From the NCBI RefSeq assembly GCF_009914755.1, contig NC_060938.1: a stretch of 64,000 bases of DNA; one strand, 5' to 3'. Shown here in pieces: positions 42,580 to 55,675 of the stretch. Position 1 is the first letter of the stretch; the number at the start of each line of letters is the position of its first letter. The DNA comes from the human T2T-CHM13v2.0 reference genome, Homo sapiens. The notes below the pieces were generated by a model. That model was not told the origin of the DNA and did no database searches. It saw only the letters and a program-made list of their open reading frames with translations. The position numbers and the translations under genes were made by a program.

Positions 42580-42900
42580 TCTTTAGATTGCATCAATTTC
42601 CTCACTAATGTCCTCTGTGTCCCAGGACCCCATCAAGGATTCCCCCTGGCATTCCGTTGTCATGTCTCCTTAGTGTCCCCCTATCTGTGACAGTTTGTCT
42701 GACTCTCCTTGTCTTTCATGGCCTTGACACTTTTGAAGAGTACTGCTCAGGTGTTTTGTAGAATGTGTCTCAGTTCGAGTTTGTCTGGTGTTTTCTCATG
42801 ATTAGACTGGGTTAGGGGTTTTGAAACAAACACAACACAGGTGAAAGTGGCCCTCTCATTGCATCCTATCCAGAGAACAAGATATCAACATGACTTACTG
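42580..42900 (-). mobile_element. L1MC-like 3' fragment
   Basis: ccttgacacttttgaagagtactg..tttgtagaatg..tctcatgattagactggg. Confidence 0.65.
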
Positions 42901-44297
42901 CTTTTGTTCTTTAATGCTCACCAGTCAGGGTTGGGACTCCTGCTTCAGGCTCTCACCCCTTCCAGGTGTCTTCCAGAGAAGGAAGAAATGCAGCTCATGA
43001 ACCCCACCTGTGGGCATTAGGCAGCACCTCTTTGAGATTAGGAGAGGCTGGCTACTCCCAAATTAAAAGGCGCTCTGGAAACTAAAAGCTGCAGATATGC
43101 TGAAGAAGGTAATACAAAGGGTGGTGTGGCTTTCATATTTATATTGACCACAAATTCACTCTTTATGCATACACACAAATGTAATGACAAATGGATGTAA
43201 CATCACAAACATGACCATTGAGCCCTTCTTCCCAAAAGGTAGGTCTGGCACTACAGATTTTGTTTTCCAGGCATATTTGCGGTTCTAGAAATGGGATTCC
43301 CCAGTGGGGTGTTGGCATGGAGCTCTCTGATCAGTCCCCATGAGTGGTGGGCTTGGAACCATCTGCACCAACTCAACCTGGCAGCCACCTGTTGGTGCCC
43401 AGCAGGGGCCAGCCAGCGTCTCACCTGAGCTGGTGGCCAGCTGTATCAAGCCCATGAGCCCCGGGTAATGAATGTTGGAAGTGGTCGGTGGCCCTTTCTA
43501 TAGGAGGGTAATCATGGAGAGGGACGGCTGGAGGGACAGATGGTCAGCAGTGTGGACTTTTCTCTCCAAAGCTGACCTTGGGTGGGACATGAAGCCCTTC
43601 CTGTCTCCCCAGGCTGCTGAACTGGGGACAGAGGTCAGGGGCTCTGGCTGTTCCCCATCCTCTTGGAGCTGTCAGGACAACTCAGCTGTCAGGGCTGTGT
43701 AGTGGGTAGGAGGTCTCCTTTCCTGCCCACTGCTTGCTTGTAGTGGGTGGGCGGTATCCTTCCCTGTCCACTGCTTGCTTTCTCTTGCTAAAAGTAAGCA
43801 TGTACACATCAGCATCTACAGACCTCTGTTAATGGATGGTGAACTCAAGGACCCAGCCCTTAATTACGACCCCACACTGCCTGTCTCTGAGGCAGCATAG
43901 GGTTGTAATTAAGGGCTGGGCCCTTGAGTTGGCCTAAGCTCAAATCCTTTTGCCCTCAGGGTTCTGTGTGATCTTAGGCAAGTAACCCAACCTCTCTGGG
44001 CCTCAATTCCCAAATTTGAATGGTGGAGATAATAGTACCTGCCTCATAGGGTACATTGGGAGGATCAAGTTAGATAATAGATACTGTGTACTTGGAGAAG
44101 TGTTTGGAGAAGTATTTGGAGAAGATAAACCATAGTAAGTCCTCCATAAATATGTTTTATTTTTATTATTAGCTCCTGTGGCAGACTATTTCCAACCCCC
44201 TTAGCTCTTGCTTTCCCAGCCTCCCTTGCAGCTAGAAGTGGCACATGACATGCGAGGTGAAGGGGAATCTTATGGAGGGCTTCTGGAGAAGTTGTTC

Positions 44298-44412
44298 TTT
44301 TCTTTTTTTTAATTAGAGATGGGGTTTCATCATGTTGGCCTGGCTGGTCTTGAACTCCTGGCCTCAAGTGATCTGCCTGCCTCAGCCTCCCAGAGTGAGC
44401 CACCACGTCCGG
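44298..44412 (-). mobile_element. Alu left-monomer fragment within an old MLT1 remnant
   Basis: Antisense left arm. Confidence 0.8.
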
Positions 44413-44576
44413 TGGAGTTTTTCTTTAGAAGTTGATAAAGGTATAGTTTGTTAGTGTTGCCCCTTGCTCTTTCTTCCTGTAGGGGAGACTGATGTGTGGT
44501 TTTGGACGTCTGGAACTACAGCAGCTATTTTGTGACCTTGAGGCAATAAGCACAGCATGATGTTTTGTTTGGCCAC

Positions 44577-44959
44577 TGTATGGACTGAATTATGTTCTCC
44601 CAACATTCTTATGTTGAAGTCCCAACCCCAAATGTGACTATTTGATTAGGCCTTAAAGTAATTAATGAGGTTAGATGAGATCATAAGACTGGGGCCCTAA
44701 ACCAATAGGATTGGTGTCCTTGTAAGAAGAGGAAGAGACACCAGAGCTCTTTTTCTCTCCACACGTGCGCAAAGGAAAGGCTCTATGAGGACATAGTGAG
44801 AAGGTGGCTGTCTGCAAGCCAGGAAGACAGCACCAGAAACCAACTGGGCTGGCACATTGACTTTGGACTTCCAGCCTCCAGAACTGTGAGAAAACAAATT
44901 TCTGTTGTTTAAGCCATTGTGCTTTATGGTACTTTGCTATGGCAGCCTGAGCTCATACA
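44577..44959 (+). mobile_element. MLT1B-like solo LTR
   Basis: tgtatggactgaattatgt ... ggacttccagcctccagaactgtgagaaa ... atggcagcctgagc. Confidence 0.82.
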
Positions 44960-45657
44960 GGTACTTGCCTTCTCTGCTCAATGCTGGGTGGTCCCCCCTC
45001 CCAGAATTTATGGATGTTGGACTGAGGCCTCATAGGCACCAATGACTTAATGTGAAATAAATTTTATTACTTATGTAGTAAATAGCAAAAGGATTCCCCA
45101 AGGAGAAGGGCTCAGGTTCCGTCTGGAGTGAAACCTGAATGAGAGGTACTTGAGGTAGAATGGTTCTGGTTTTCTATTGTGGCTGGGGTGGAACCAGGAT
45201 GGGGGTTCCCATGCATGGCCAGGGTTTGCCTGGCTTGAACTTCCCCACCAGCAACAAGTGGGAAGGCCTTGAGCTTTCTTATGGGCTGGCCAGACCTGGG
45301 CAAAAGGGTAAGTGGGAGAGGTGCAGGGCTTGAAAGCTGTCAGAGGTCAACATCAGAAATGGAGTCAGACTCTACTGTACATGAGAATCCAACAGGCTCG
45401 GGGAGCCCACCAGAAGGATGGGAAGAGCCTGGGTCTCTGATGATCCCTCCTGTCCTCTGTCCTTGCTCATTGTAGCTGTGGGCATGGGTTACGTGCAAGA
45501 GTAGACACATGATAAATATCTGTTGAAGAAATGAACATGAAAGGGATGCTTTTAGATGCGAGGAGCTTCCTTCTGAGTGTTCTTTAATCAAATGCTCCCT
45601 ACACCTATGGCTTGGAGGAGGTAGTCAGGAGGCCTGTGTCAGGACACAATGATCATT

Positions 45658-46138
45658 TGTATTAGTTTGTTACTGCTGCTAAAACAAATTACCACAAACT
45701 TAGTGAGTGGCTTAAAACAACACAAATTTATTTTCTTATAGTTCTGGAGGTGAGAAGTTCAAAAATTAAGGTATCAGCCAGGCTGCTTGCTTTCTGGAAA
45801 CTCTGAAGGAGAATCTGTTTTGTTGCCTTTTCTAGTTTGTAGAGGCTGCCTGCATTCCTTGGCTCATGGCTGCATCACCCCAACCTCTGCTTCCCCTGTC
45901 ACCTCTGACTCTGACCCTCCTACCTCCCTCTTAGGAACATCCTTGTGATTAATTTGGGCCCACCTGGATAATCCAGGAAAATCTCTCAATCTCAAGATTC
46001 TTAATGTAATCACTTTCCTGAAAAGTCCTTTTGATTTTCCTGTAAAGTCCTTTGGCCATGCAAGGTAACAGTTACAGGTTCCAGGGAATAGGAAGTGGAT
46101 ATATTTGGGGGGAAGGAGGCTTTATTCTACCTGCTACA
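45658..46138 (-). mobile_element. MLT1C/D-like solo LTR
   Basis: tgtattagttt..aacaaattaccacaaacttag..ggcttaaaacaaca ... ggataatccagga. Confidence 0.82.
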
Positions 46139-46627
46139 CCACTGAATCTTGTGGTAGGCCTGGGAATGCTAAGGTAGGCTTCATTCTGAGTGGAAGAATT
46201 AGCTATCAACAAATGACACAGTAATAATAATAATAATCATGACAGCTAATACTTACTGAGCACTGACCACATGCTAGCTTCTTTGCATGGATTCAATTTC
46301 AACTCATGTGAAACTCTGTGAAGTCAAGAGACCACCATTGTCCTCTTTGTACAGGTGAGTAAATTGTTTTCAGGAGGCAACACAGGCAATGAATGGCGGG
46401 CTCAGGCTTTGAACCGAGGCAGTCTGTAGCCAAAGCTTGGCCTCTCACCCTCTGACCACATGCGATGTGTCCTTGACTTTCTATTTTCCTTTGCTGGAGT
46501 AGGCTGCTTCCACAGAGCCCAGTCCTGCCAAGGCTGCTAGAGGTTGGATGCTTTCTACCTTCCCACCGTGTCCTCAGTCTGGAGCTGGTGGGCTCCTGCA
46601 GCAGCGGTGGGCTTCTGTGGCTCTGCA

Positions 46628-47032
46628 TGTTAAGCCTGTTCTTGCATTACCATAAAGAAATAACTGAGACTGGGCAATTTATAAAGAAAAGATGTTTAAT
46701 TGCCTCATGATTCTGCAGGCTGTATAGGAAGCATGGCACTGGGCGTCTGCTCAGCTTCTGATGAGTCCTCAGGAAGCTTATAGTCATGGCTGAATGCAAA
46801 GCGGGAGCTGAAACGTCACATGACCAAAGCAGGAACAAGCGCAAGAGTGGGAGGGGAATTGCCATACCCTTTAAATGACCAGATCTCACGATAACTCACT
46901 ATCACGAAGACATCACCAAGCCATGAAGGACCCGCCTCCATGACCCAAACACCTCCCACCAGGCCCCATCTTCAGCATTGGGGATTGTAATTCAACATGA
47001 GATTTGGGCAGGGACAAATATCCAAACTATAT
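46628..47032 (-). mobile_element. MSTA/B solo LTR
   Basis: gagactgggcaatttataaagaaaaga ... ttcaacatgagatttgggcagggacaaatatccaaactat. Confidence 0.85.
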
Positions 47033-49603
47033 TATTCCTACAGTGGGTGCAGCTGGTCAGGGGTACCCCCCTGAGCAGTCATCTGTTTGCACAGAGCAGG
47101 GGCCTGTATAGCCCAAAGCTCACCCAGCCAGCAGGGCATCAGACCCCCACCACCTTGGGCCTCTCTGGATGCTGGGACATGCCCCTTTCTAGGGAAATCT
47201 TTGTAAGGGGAGTTAATATTGGCAGAAATTCAATTCTGCCCAAAAGTAAGTAGGAATATAGAAATTCTTCCTTTTTCTTCTATTTCTCTCTCTCCCAAGT
47301 GTTTAGGGAGAAGTGACAATACTGTGAAGGTATTTAGGGGAGAAATCATAAACATTCAGATGTTTTGATGAGCTGATTAGAAGTGAGTTCTGATTTGTAG
47401 TAGTTTATATCCAGAATAATCTGATGGCAGGAGGTGTCCCCAGTAGGCTCTGATCTTTCCCTACCTTTGGCCTGGAATGGATTATTCTCTGGGCAGTGGC
47501 CAGTGTCACCCACACTGGGCCAGGCAGCAGGAGGTCTGGTCCATCATCCTAGTTCTACTACCACTGGGAAGGTGGCTTTGTTCCCTGAGCCTCCACTTCC
47601 CCTGCTGTGAAATAGCCATGGTTATCTGCAGGTTGGCCTTCTCAGAGGGCTATGGTGAATATGAATAGATAGTGCCAGTGCCAGTGAGCGTGACGTGAAA
47701 AGCAACAGTAAAAAACCAACAGATACACAGCTTGGTAGTGGACATTTTATCTACCTAGCATCCCTTGCAGCTTTAATAGGACTCCCTTCCATTCCTGCAA
47801 GTGTGCTGACCTCTGCATCTCCCACAGGCCAGGGGAGTAGACAGACGGCCACCCCTCTGGCCACAGAGATTGATTTCAGTGTGGGCTCATGCCTTCAAGC
47901 AGAACTTCCTGTATCTTTCAGCTGGAGCTCTGAAAAATAATTAATTTTCTGCTGGTTGTGAAGATCCAGGGACTCTCTCACCTTCTTCATCGTTTGAACC
48001 TCTGGATGTAGTCATTCCTGCAGGCCAGATCCACCCCTATTTTTTCAATAATATGAACCAATAAATCTGCAATCTTTCCCACACCCCCATTTTTTTGTGT
48101 AAATTACTTTAAATTGGTTATCTGATTTTTAACTGAAAGAGCCCTGAGCATTGCAGCTATTATCTTTAAGGGCCCTGGATCCATCTGGGAACTGTGAGAG
48201 CCTGGAGAAGTCTAGAGGAAAATCTTCATATGTCTACAGGGATAGAAAATAAAAAGACATCAACAGACTGGACACTCTCCAGAGAGCTGAATAAGAGCAA
48301 ACAGGGTTAAATTGCAATGAGTTCTTATTGCTGTTGTTGAGATTATGAGAGTAAGGGCTACTGATCAGTTACTTTATATTCTCCATTTTCTGGTCAAAAA
48401 CAGCAGAAAGAAAAAAAAAAGCAGAAAGGCCCATGTAATTCTGGCTGGATGCCAGTTGTGTGGATATATTTTTGTCAAATGATGCCTGTGTTCAAATGAC
48501 CCATGGGGTTCTTAGAGCTGGCTATTTAGCTGGAATAGGCTTAATTTCTCTTATTGATTCTGCTAGTTACTGTCCACACTGGTCACCCCCAGAGAGTTGC
48601 CAGGAGCTGTTTTCTTAATCACAGTATTAGTTAGATATAGACATCCCTGGGAGCATGTAACATAAGGACAGTCTCACATGGGTGTTCTCTATCTGCCTAC
48701 AAGCGAGGCTGGCTGGTTCGTAGGAGCCATACTGAACCAGGGACAAATTTGGGAACTTGGATTGTAATTGTGTTGTGTGGAAACCTCTCTTTCCCGCTCT
48801 GTTCTTCTTAATCTCATATGTGTGGTTGAGTAAAGTGAGAGCTTGAGTGAGGGTGAGGGTTGTCACCTCTCTCTCTCTGTCCCCGGTTATGCCATCATTT
48901 AGAGATTCCTGAACAGGCTGGTCTTGGTGATTTATAGACACCAGGCTCACCCATATCTATGGTCTGGCTCTTTGCTTTCTGTAGTGGTGACAAGTCTCAA
49001 ATCCTGCCTTCTATGGGGAACCTCCAAGACCACTCTGCCCTTACTGCCTCCCATCCTGGTTCTCTGGACACTTCTCTCCGCTCCCACCTTCCACACTCAA
49101 CTGTCTACCTGCCTGGTGTAGTCCTTGGAGAGCAAGGGTTGTTTCTTCCTTGTCTCTTGCATGCCTTTTTACACCATGATAGTGGAGGCTGTAGTCAGCC
49201 TTTCATTCATTGTGTGGCCATTTATGTATGCCTCAATCCATTTCAGTGCCCATTTATAGGAGAGGGAAGTGGAGAGACAGGATGAATCTGGCACAGTGCC
49301 TGCCTTAAGGAACTGTAGTCCCTGATGAAGGGATGCAGGGGTGAGCCAGGAGCCTGGAGTCTGGGAGGAGAGAAAGGGATTTAGACAACTCTTGGGGACC
49401 AGTGTGCTAGTCAGCAGCCCTATCTGGAAGAAAGATTTGAGGAGACCATCTCTATATTTCTCTTTAGTGCCAGGATCTCCCAGAATTTCATTTTGACCAG
49501 GAGACCTGCTTTCATTATCTCAGTGGATGGTGCCACCAGCAGTCATGTGGTCCAGAAGCCAGAAGAGTCAGTCTTTACACCTCTCCTTGACCTTTATAGC
49601 AAC

Positions 49604-51806
49604 TGATATGGTTTGGCTCTGTGATCTCACCAAGATCTCATCTCCCTGACACATGTAATCCCTATGTGTTGAGGAAAAGAGGTGACTGGATCATGGGAGT
49701 GGTTTCTTCCATGCTGTTCTCATGCTAGTGAGTGAGTTCTCATGAGATCTGTTGGTTTTATAAGTGTTTGGAAGTTCCTCCTTCTCACTTTTCTCTCCTG
49801 CTGCCTTGTGAAGAAGGTGCTTTGCTTCCCCTTTACCTTCTGCCATGATTGTAAGTTTCTTGAGGCCTCCCCAGCCACGTGGAACTGTGAGTCAGTTAAA
49901 CCTCTTTTCTTTGTAAGTTACCCAGTCTCAGGTATTTCTTTATAGCAGTGTGAAAAATGGGCTAATACAGAAAACTGGTACTATGGAGAGTGGGGCATTA
50001 CTATAAAGATAATTGAAAATGTGGAAACCACTTTGGAACTGGGTGATGGGTAGAGGTTGGAACAGTTTGGAGGGATCAGAAGAAGACAGGAAGATGTGGG
50101 AAAGTTTAGAACTTCCTAGAGACTTGTTGAATCATTTTGACCAAAATGTTGATAATGATGTGGACAATGAAGTCCAGGCTGAGGTGGCCTCAGATGGAGA
50201 TAAGGAACTTCTTGGGAACTGGAGCAAAGATGACTCTTGCTATGCTTTAGCAAAGATACTGGTGGCATTTTGCCCCTGCCCTAGAGATATGTGTCACTTT
50301 GAATTTGAGAGAGATGATCTGAAATGGAAACATATGTTTAAAAAGGAAGTGGAGCATAAAAGTTTGGAAAATTTGCAGCCTGGCATGCAATAGAAAAGAA
50401 AAACACATTTTCTGGGGAGAAATTCAAGCTGGCTGCAGAAATTTGCATAAATAATGAGGAACCAAATGTGAATCACCAAGACAATGAGGAAGATATCTCC
50501 AGGGCATGTCAGAGATTCTGGTGGCAGCCATCCCGTCACAGACCTGGAGGCCTAGGAGGAAAAAATGGTTTTGTGGGCCAGGCCCAAGGCCCTGCCTGTG
50601 TGCAGCCTTGGGATTTGCTGCCCTGTGTCCCAGCAGCTCCAGTTCCAGCCATGGCTAAAGAGGCCAAGGTACAGCTTGAGCCATTGTTTCAGAGGGTGCA
50701 AACCCCACGCCTTGCCGGTTCCATATGGTGTTGGGCCTGCGGGTGCACAGAAGTCAAGAATTGAGGTTTGGGAACCTCCACCTAGATTTCCTAGGACATA
50801 TGGAAATGGCTGGATGTCCAGGCAGAGGTCTGCTGCAGGGGTGGAGCGCTAATGGATAACCTCTGCTAGGGCAGTGCAAAGGGGAAATGTGGAGTTGAAG
50901 CCCCCACACAGAGTCCCCACTGGGGCACTGCCTAGGGGAGCTGTGAGAAGAGGGCCACTGTTCTTCAGACCCCTGTAGATCCACCAACAGCTTGTACTAT
51001 GTGCCTGGAAAAGCCATAGGCACTCAACACCAGCCTGTGAAGGAGTTGCCCAAGGCTGTGGGAGCCCACTCCTTGTATCAGCATGCCCTTGATGTGAGAC
51101 ATAGAGTCAAAGGAGATTATTTTGGAGCTTTTAGATGTAATGACTGCCCTGCTGGATTTTGGACTTGCATGAGGCCTGCAGCCCCTTTGTTTTGGCCAAT
51201 TTCTCCCATTTGGGACAGGAGCATTTACCCAATGCCTGTATCCCCTTTGTATTTAGGAAGTAACTAACTTCCTTTTGATTTCACAGGCTCATAGGCAGAA
51301 GGGACTTGCCTTGTCTCAGATGAGACTTTCGACTTGGAATTTTGAGTTAATGCTTAAATGAATTAAGACTTTGGGGAATTGTTGGTAAGGCATGATTGAT
51401 TTTGAAATGTGAAAAGATATGAGATTTTGGAGGGGCCAGGCGTGGAATGATATGGTTTGGCTCTATGCTCCCACCCAAATCTCATCTTGAATTGTAATCC
51501 CCATGTGTTGAGGGAGGGAGGTGATTCAATCATGGGGGTGGTTTCCCTCATGCTGTTCTCGTGATAGTGAGTGAGTTCTCACAAGATCTGATGGTTTTAT
51601 AAGCGTTTGGAAGTTCCTCCTTCGCTCTTCTCTCTTCTGCTGCCTTGTGAAGAAGGTGGCTGCTTCCCTTTTGCCTTCTGCCATGATTGTGGGTTTCCTT
51701 AGGCCTCCCCAGCCATGTGGAAGTGTGACTCAATTAAACCTCTTTCCTTTGTAAATTACCCAGTCTTGGGTATTTCTTTATAGCAGTGTGAGAGCTGACT
51801 AATACA
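49604..51806 (+). mobile_element. Complete THE1D-type MaLR element (5' LTR 49604-49969, internal 49970-51447, 3' LTR 51448-51806)
   Basis: Both LTRs run tgatatggtttggct...ctaataca; THE1-int body with a purine-rich tract before the 3' LTR; 5-bp TSD GCAAC at 49599-49603 and 51807-51811. Confidence 0.93.
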
Positions 51807-52052
51807 GCAACCCTTTCCCCACCCCCACCCCCTCCTTCCCTCCCCACTACCTGGCTGAGATCTGGTCTCCTTACAGGTCTCCTGGTCTCCTATCTTGTGC
51901 CCCTTATCCTCCTTCCCCCTCCCCCTTCCCCTACCCCTCTGCCACCAAATTGGTTCTTCTTCACCTAAAGGCAACTCGCCTATAAGCACATTGCCAAAAA
52001 CTTGTTTGCCTAAGGATCAATTCTCCCAAAGGCCAGTTTACTTAAAATCAAG

Positions 52053-52340
52053 TTTGTTTTTGTTTTTTTAAGACAGAGTCTTGCTCTGTAGCCCAGGCTG
52101 GAGTGCATCTTGGCTCACTGGAACTTCTGCCTCCTGGGTTTAAGCGATTCTCGTGCCTCAGCCTCCTGAGTAGAGGGGATTACAGGTGTGTGCCACCCCA
52201 TATGACTAATTTTTGTATTTTTAGTAGAGATGGTGTTTTCCATATTGCCAGGCCGGTTTCAAACTCCTGGCCTCAAGTGATCCACCTACCTTGGCTTCCC
52301 CAAGTGCTGGAATTACAGGCATAAGCTACTGTGCCTGGCC
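52053..52340 (-). mobile_element. Alu (AluS/J)
   Basis: TSD aaatcaagt on both sides. Confidence 0.9.
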
Positions 52341-53750
52341 AAAATCAAGTATTTTTGATTATTTTTAGAGCCATTCACCCTTCTATTACTTCTTGCCTTG
52401 CCTTTGTCCCCCCTTTGGCATTTTAAAGGTTTTAAAAACCAATTCATGAAAGAGCATTTGATTTAATTTTGTGTTTCTAATAAATATTTATTAAACATGC
52501 AGCTTTTGGTGAATGATTATTGTATATTCTGTTAGATTTTTTTTCTAAGTTAGCAACTTTAATGAACTTTAAAGATAACCAATATTTAGCTATTTTGTTT
52601 AAAGACACTTTCCTCAAAATATAGCTGTCCAAGCAATAAATATTCAAGACACTAATTATAATCAATTGTTATACACTGTCATTATTGGTCCCTTAACTGA
52701 GGGTATGTTAATTTCAGATAAAAAAATGGTGGGTATTAATGTTAAGTTTTGTGTGGCACATAATATTTTATGAATTAGCAACCTTGAAAAATAATTATTC
52801 TTATATGCAATACCACTGGTTTGCTAAATCTCTCCACTTCCAATGACTGGCATCTAGCGGACACTCAACTTGTGCGTACTGAGCGTATGAGTGAGTGAGA
52901 TTCTGAGATGAGGTCCTAGTACCACCATACATAGCAAAGCAGTTTATCCCGCAGTTCAACAGTGTCAACTATCACAAAGGAGACATTTGCCTCAGATTTT
53001 ATACAAGGAAACTGATGGAATGAAACAGACCGGCATTGGTAGAATGAGTGAGCGTTTGTCCCAGGAAAGTAAATCAGATTTGTTTGGGGTTCTAAAAGAG
53101 ACATGGCAAATGCCTGGCATGGTGCTGCCACCCTTACCATGGCCAAAGCAGACTCCACATATTGATCACTGCACCCTTTCAGGTTGAGCTAGGACAGGAC
53201 CCCAGAATCCTACCTAACACAGCAGACCAGTCAACTGCTACTGATTGAGCAGGGTTGGCATGTAGTGCTTACTTGCTGTTTTTGCTCTCTAACTGGGAGC
53301 CTTTCTTTATCTGGGATAGTTTTAGGGCTCTCATAAATGAAGGTAGGAGGATGTTCTGCTTAATTTCTCCACCATTCCAGAACATTCCTAGCTTTCTGAT
53401 GATGTGGAGCAGACATCTTGGGCTCATTTAGGAAGATTAATTTAATGCGATAACATTTCCTAGTTCAGAGGACTTTCCCACCAACACTTATAGCTGTGTT
53501 TTCTTTTGTAAGGAGTTTGATTTTCTGGGGTATAGGAATCCTCCTGAGTCATTTGCACTGAAACCCAAAAGAGCTCTGAGCAAGAGTCCAGTCTCCTCCC
53601 ACGGTGTTCAGCTTGGCAAGCTGCCTCATGGAGCTGGGAAGGATCCTCAGATGGGAGTCCAGAGAACTGTTGATGCTGGCACTTAGGGAAAATCTCCCCC
53701 TCGCCTGTTTTCTGATTTCTCACCTGTAAATTAGGAAGATTGGGTTAAAT

Positions 53751-54765
53751 CAGTTGTTCTTAGTGGGGGTTGTACTGCCTCCAGGGACTTTCTGGAAATG
53801 TGCGGGGACATTTTTGGCCATCACAATGATGGGGAGTGCTACTCTCATTGAATGGGTGGGGTCAGGGATGCCAGATGTCTTCCTGTGGGCAATACAGCCT
53901 CACTCAACAAAGAATTTTCCTGTGACCTGTGTGGTTTCCAAATGCTCCACCGGATATGCATGTAGTGAAAAATCCTGGTTGTAATGAACTAAATCAACAA
54001 CCTAACTCCATTTTACATGTAAAGGCAAAGGATTTTTTTGCATGGTTTTAGTATCTGTTGAAATTTTCAGGAATGCAATTACCATGAAAGTTGGATGATT
54101 TGTTTCTGTGGGAGTTATTGTTCACCATTTTGGGAAACCACATAACCAATGGCAAGGCAGAGCCTACACACTTGAATGGCCAGTGCAACCTGCTGTATCA
54201 ATGTGACTTTAAGAATTATGTGTAGCCAGTCTGGGTGCAGTGGGGCTTATGCCTGTAATCCCAGCACTTCGGGAAGCTGAGGTGGGCAGATCACTTGATC
54301 TTAGGAGTTCAAGACCAGCCTGGGGGACATGGTGAAATCCTGTCTCCACCAAAATTACAAAAAATTATCCAGGCGTGGCAGCACACAACTGTTGTCCCAG
54401 CTACTCAGGAGGCTGAGGTGGGAGGATCACTTGAGCCAGGCAAGTCCAGGCTGCAGTAGGCCATGATCATGCCACTGCACTCCAGCCTGAGCGACAGAGC
54501 CAGACCCTATCTTAAAAAAAAAAAAATTATGTGTAGCCAGGCACAGGCTACTGGAGAGGCTGAGGCAGGAGGATTGCTTGAGCCCAGGAGTTCAAGACCA
54601 GCCTGGGGCAACATAGCAGGACCCCATCTCAATAAAAAACTAAACAATTATGTGTGTGGGTACATTGCCATTTTTATGAATTTCACTTCAGGACCATAAG
54701 GGGACATTACCAAACATTTGTTGTAAAAATGGTGTGTTAGGTCTGATTGGGCTAAAAACTACTGG
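53751..54765. mobile_element. MER20B-like hAT-Charlie element hosting two Alus
   Basis: cagttgttctta...gacatttttggccatcacaa..gggtcagggatgcca..caacaaagaattttcctg; ends aaaactactg. Confidence 0.6.
54229..54645 (+). mobile_element. AluJ (54229-54524) followed by a partial Alu monomer (about 54535-54645)
   Basis: aattatgtgt repeated at 54214, 54525 and 54646. Confidence 0.88.
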
Positions 54766-55119
54766 TCTAAAGATGCCTGAAGATCCTTTTTCACTCTTAC
54801 ATAGTCTGTGTCTGTGAGAGTGGAAGGGAGATTAGGTGGCATGAATAATGGAAAACATTCAGTGGTGGAAATGGGTCAAGGCACAGAGTGTCTCAGAAAA
54901 CATATCTCCCATCATTAAATCCCTCCACAAACCAAGAACTTTAGAGACGATTGCCCTTAATAGGTGTCCAGGATTAGAGGATGAACTGAAAAAACATTTA
55001 CAGGGGATTTGAGTGGCAGCTGACCCCTGAGGACAGTTTCAGAATAAGGTTGAAAAGTAAAAAACCCAAAATAAATAATTTTAATATGTCATTTTCATGA
55101 TGTAAACTTCAGCATGCTA

Positions 55120-55449
<330 letters not shown>

Positions 55450-55675
55450 AAGAATATCGGATGGCAAAAATGAAAGAAATGTATCAATGGAAAAAAAAAA
55501 AGAAATGGGTCAAGGTAAATTTATGTTCCCAAATTGAGCACGTCCACTGCTGAGAGTGACCACTGCTGCATAACCTGGGTACTAATGTATTTGGTTTTGG
55601 ACTTCATGTCTAAATGGGCTTCAGGATCAGAACTCCCTTGTTATGCAACTCTGTGAATTTTGTATTGTTGGCAAG

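Noticed and set aside
43380-43415. CTCF-like motifs (ccaacaggtggc on the minus strand; ccagcaggggcc)
   Set aside because: Mismatches at core positions; cannot be supported without ChIP data.
50013-51267. Several ORFs (126, 98, 95 and 91 aa) in the THE1D internal region
   Set aside because: Frameshifted and stop-interrupted remnants of the MaLR internal ORF.
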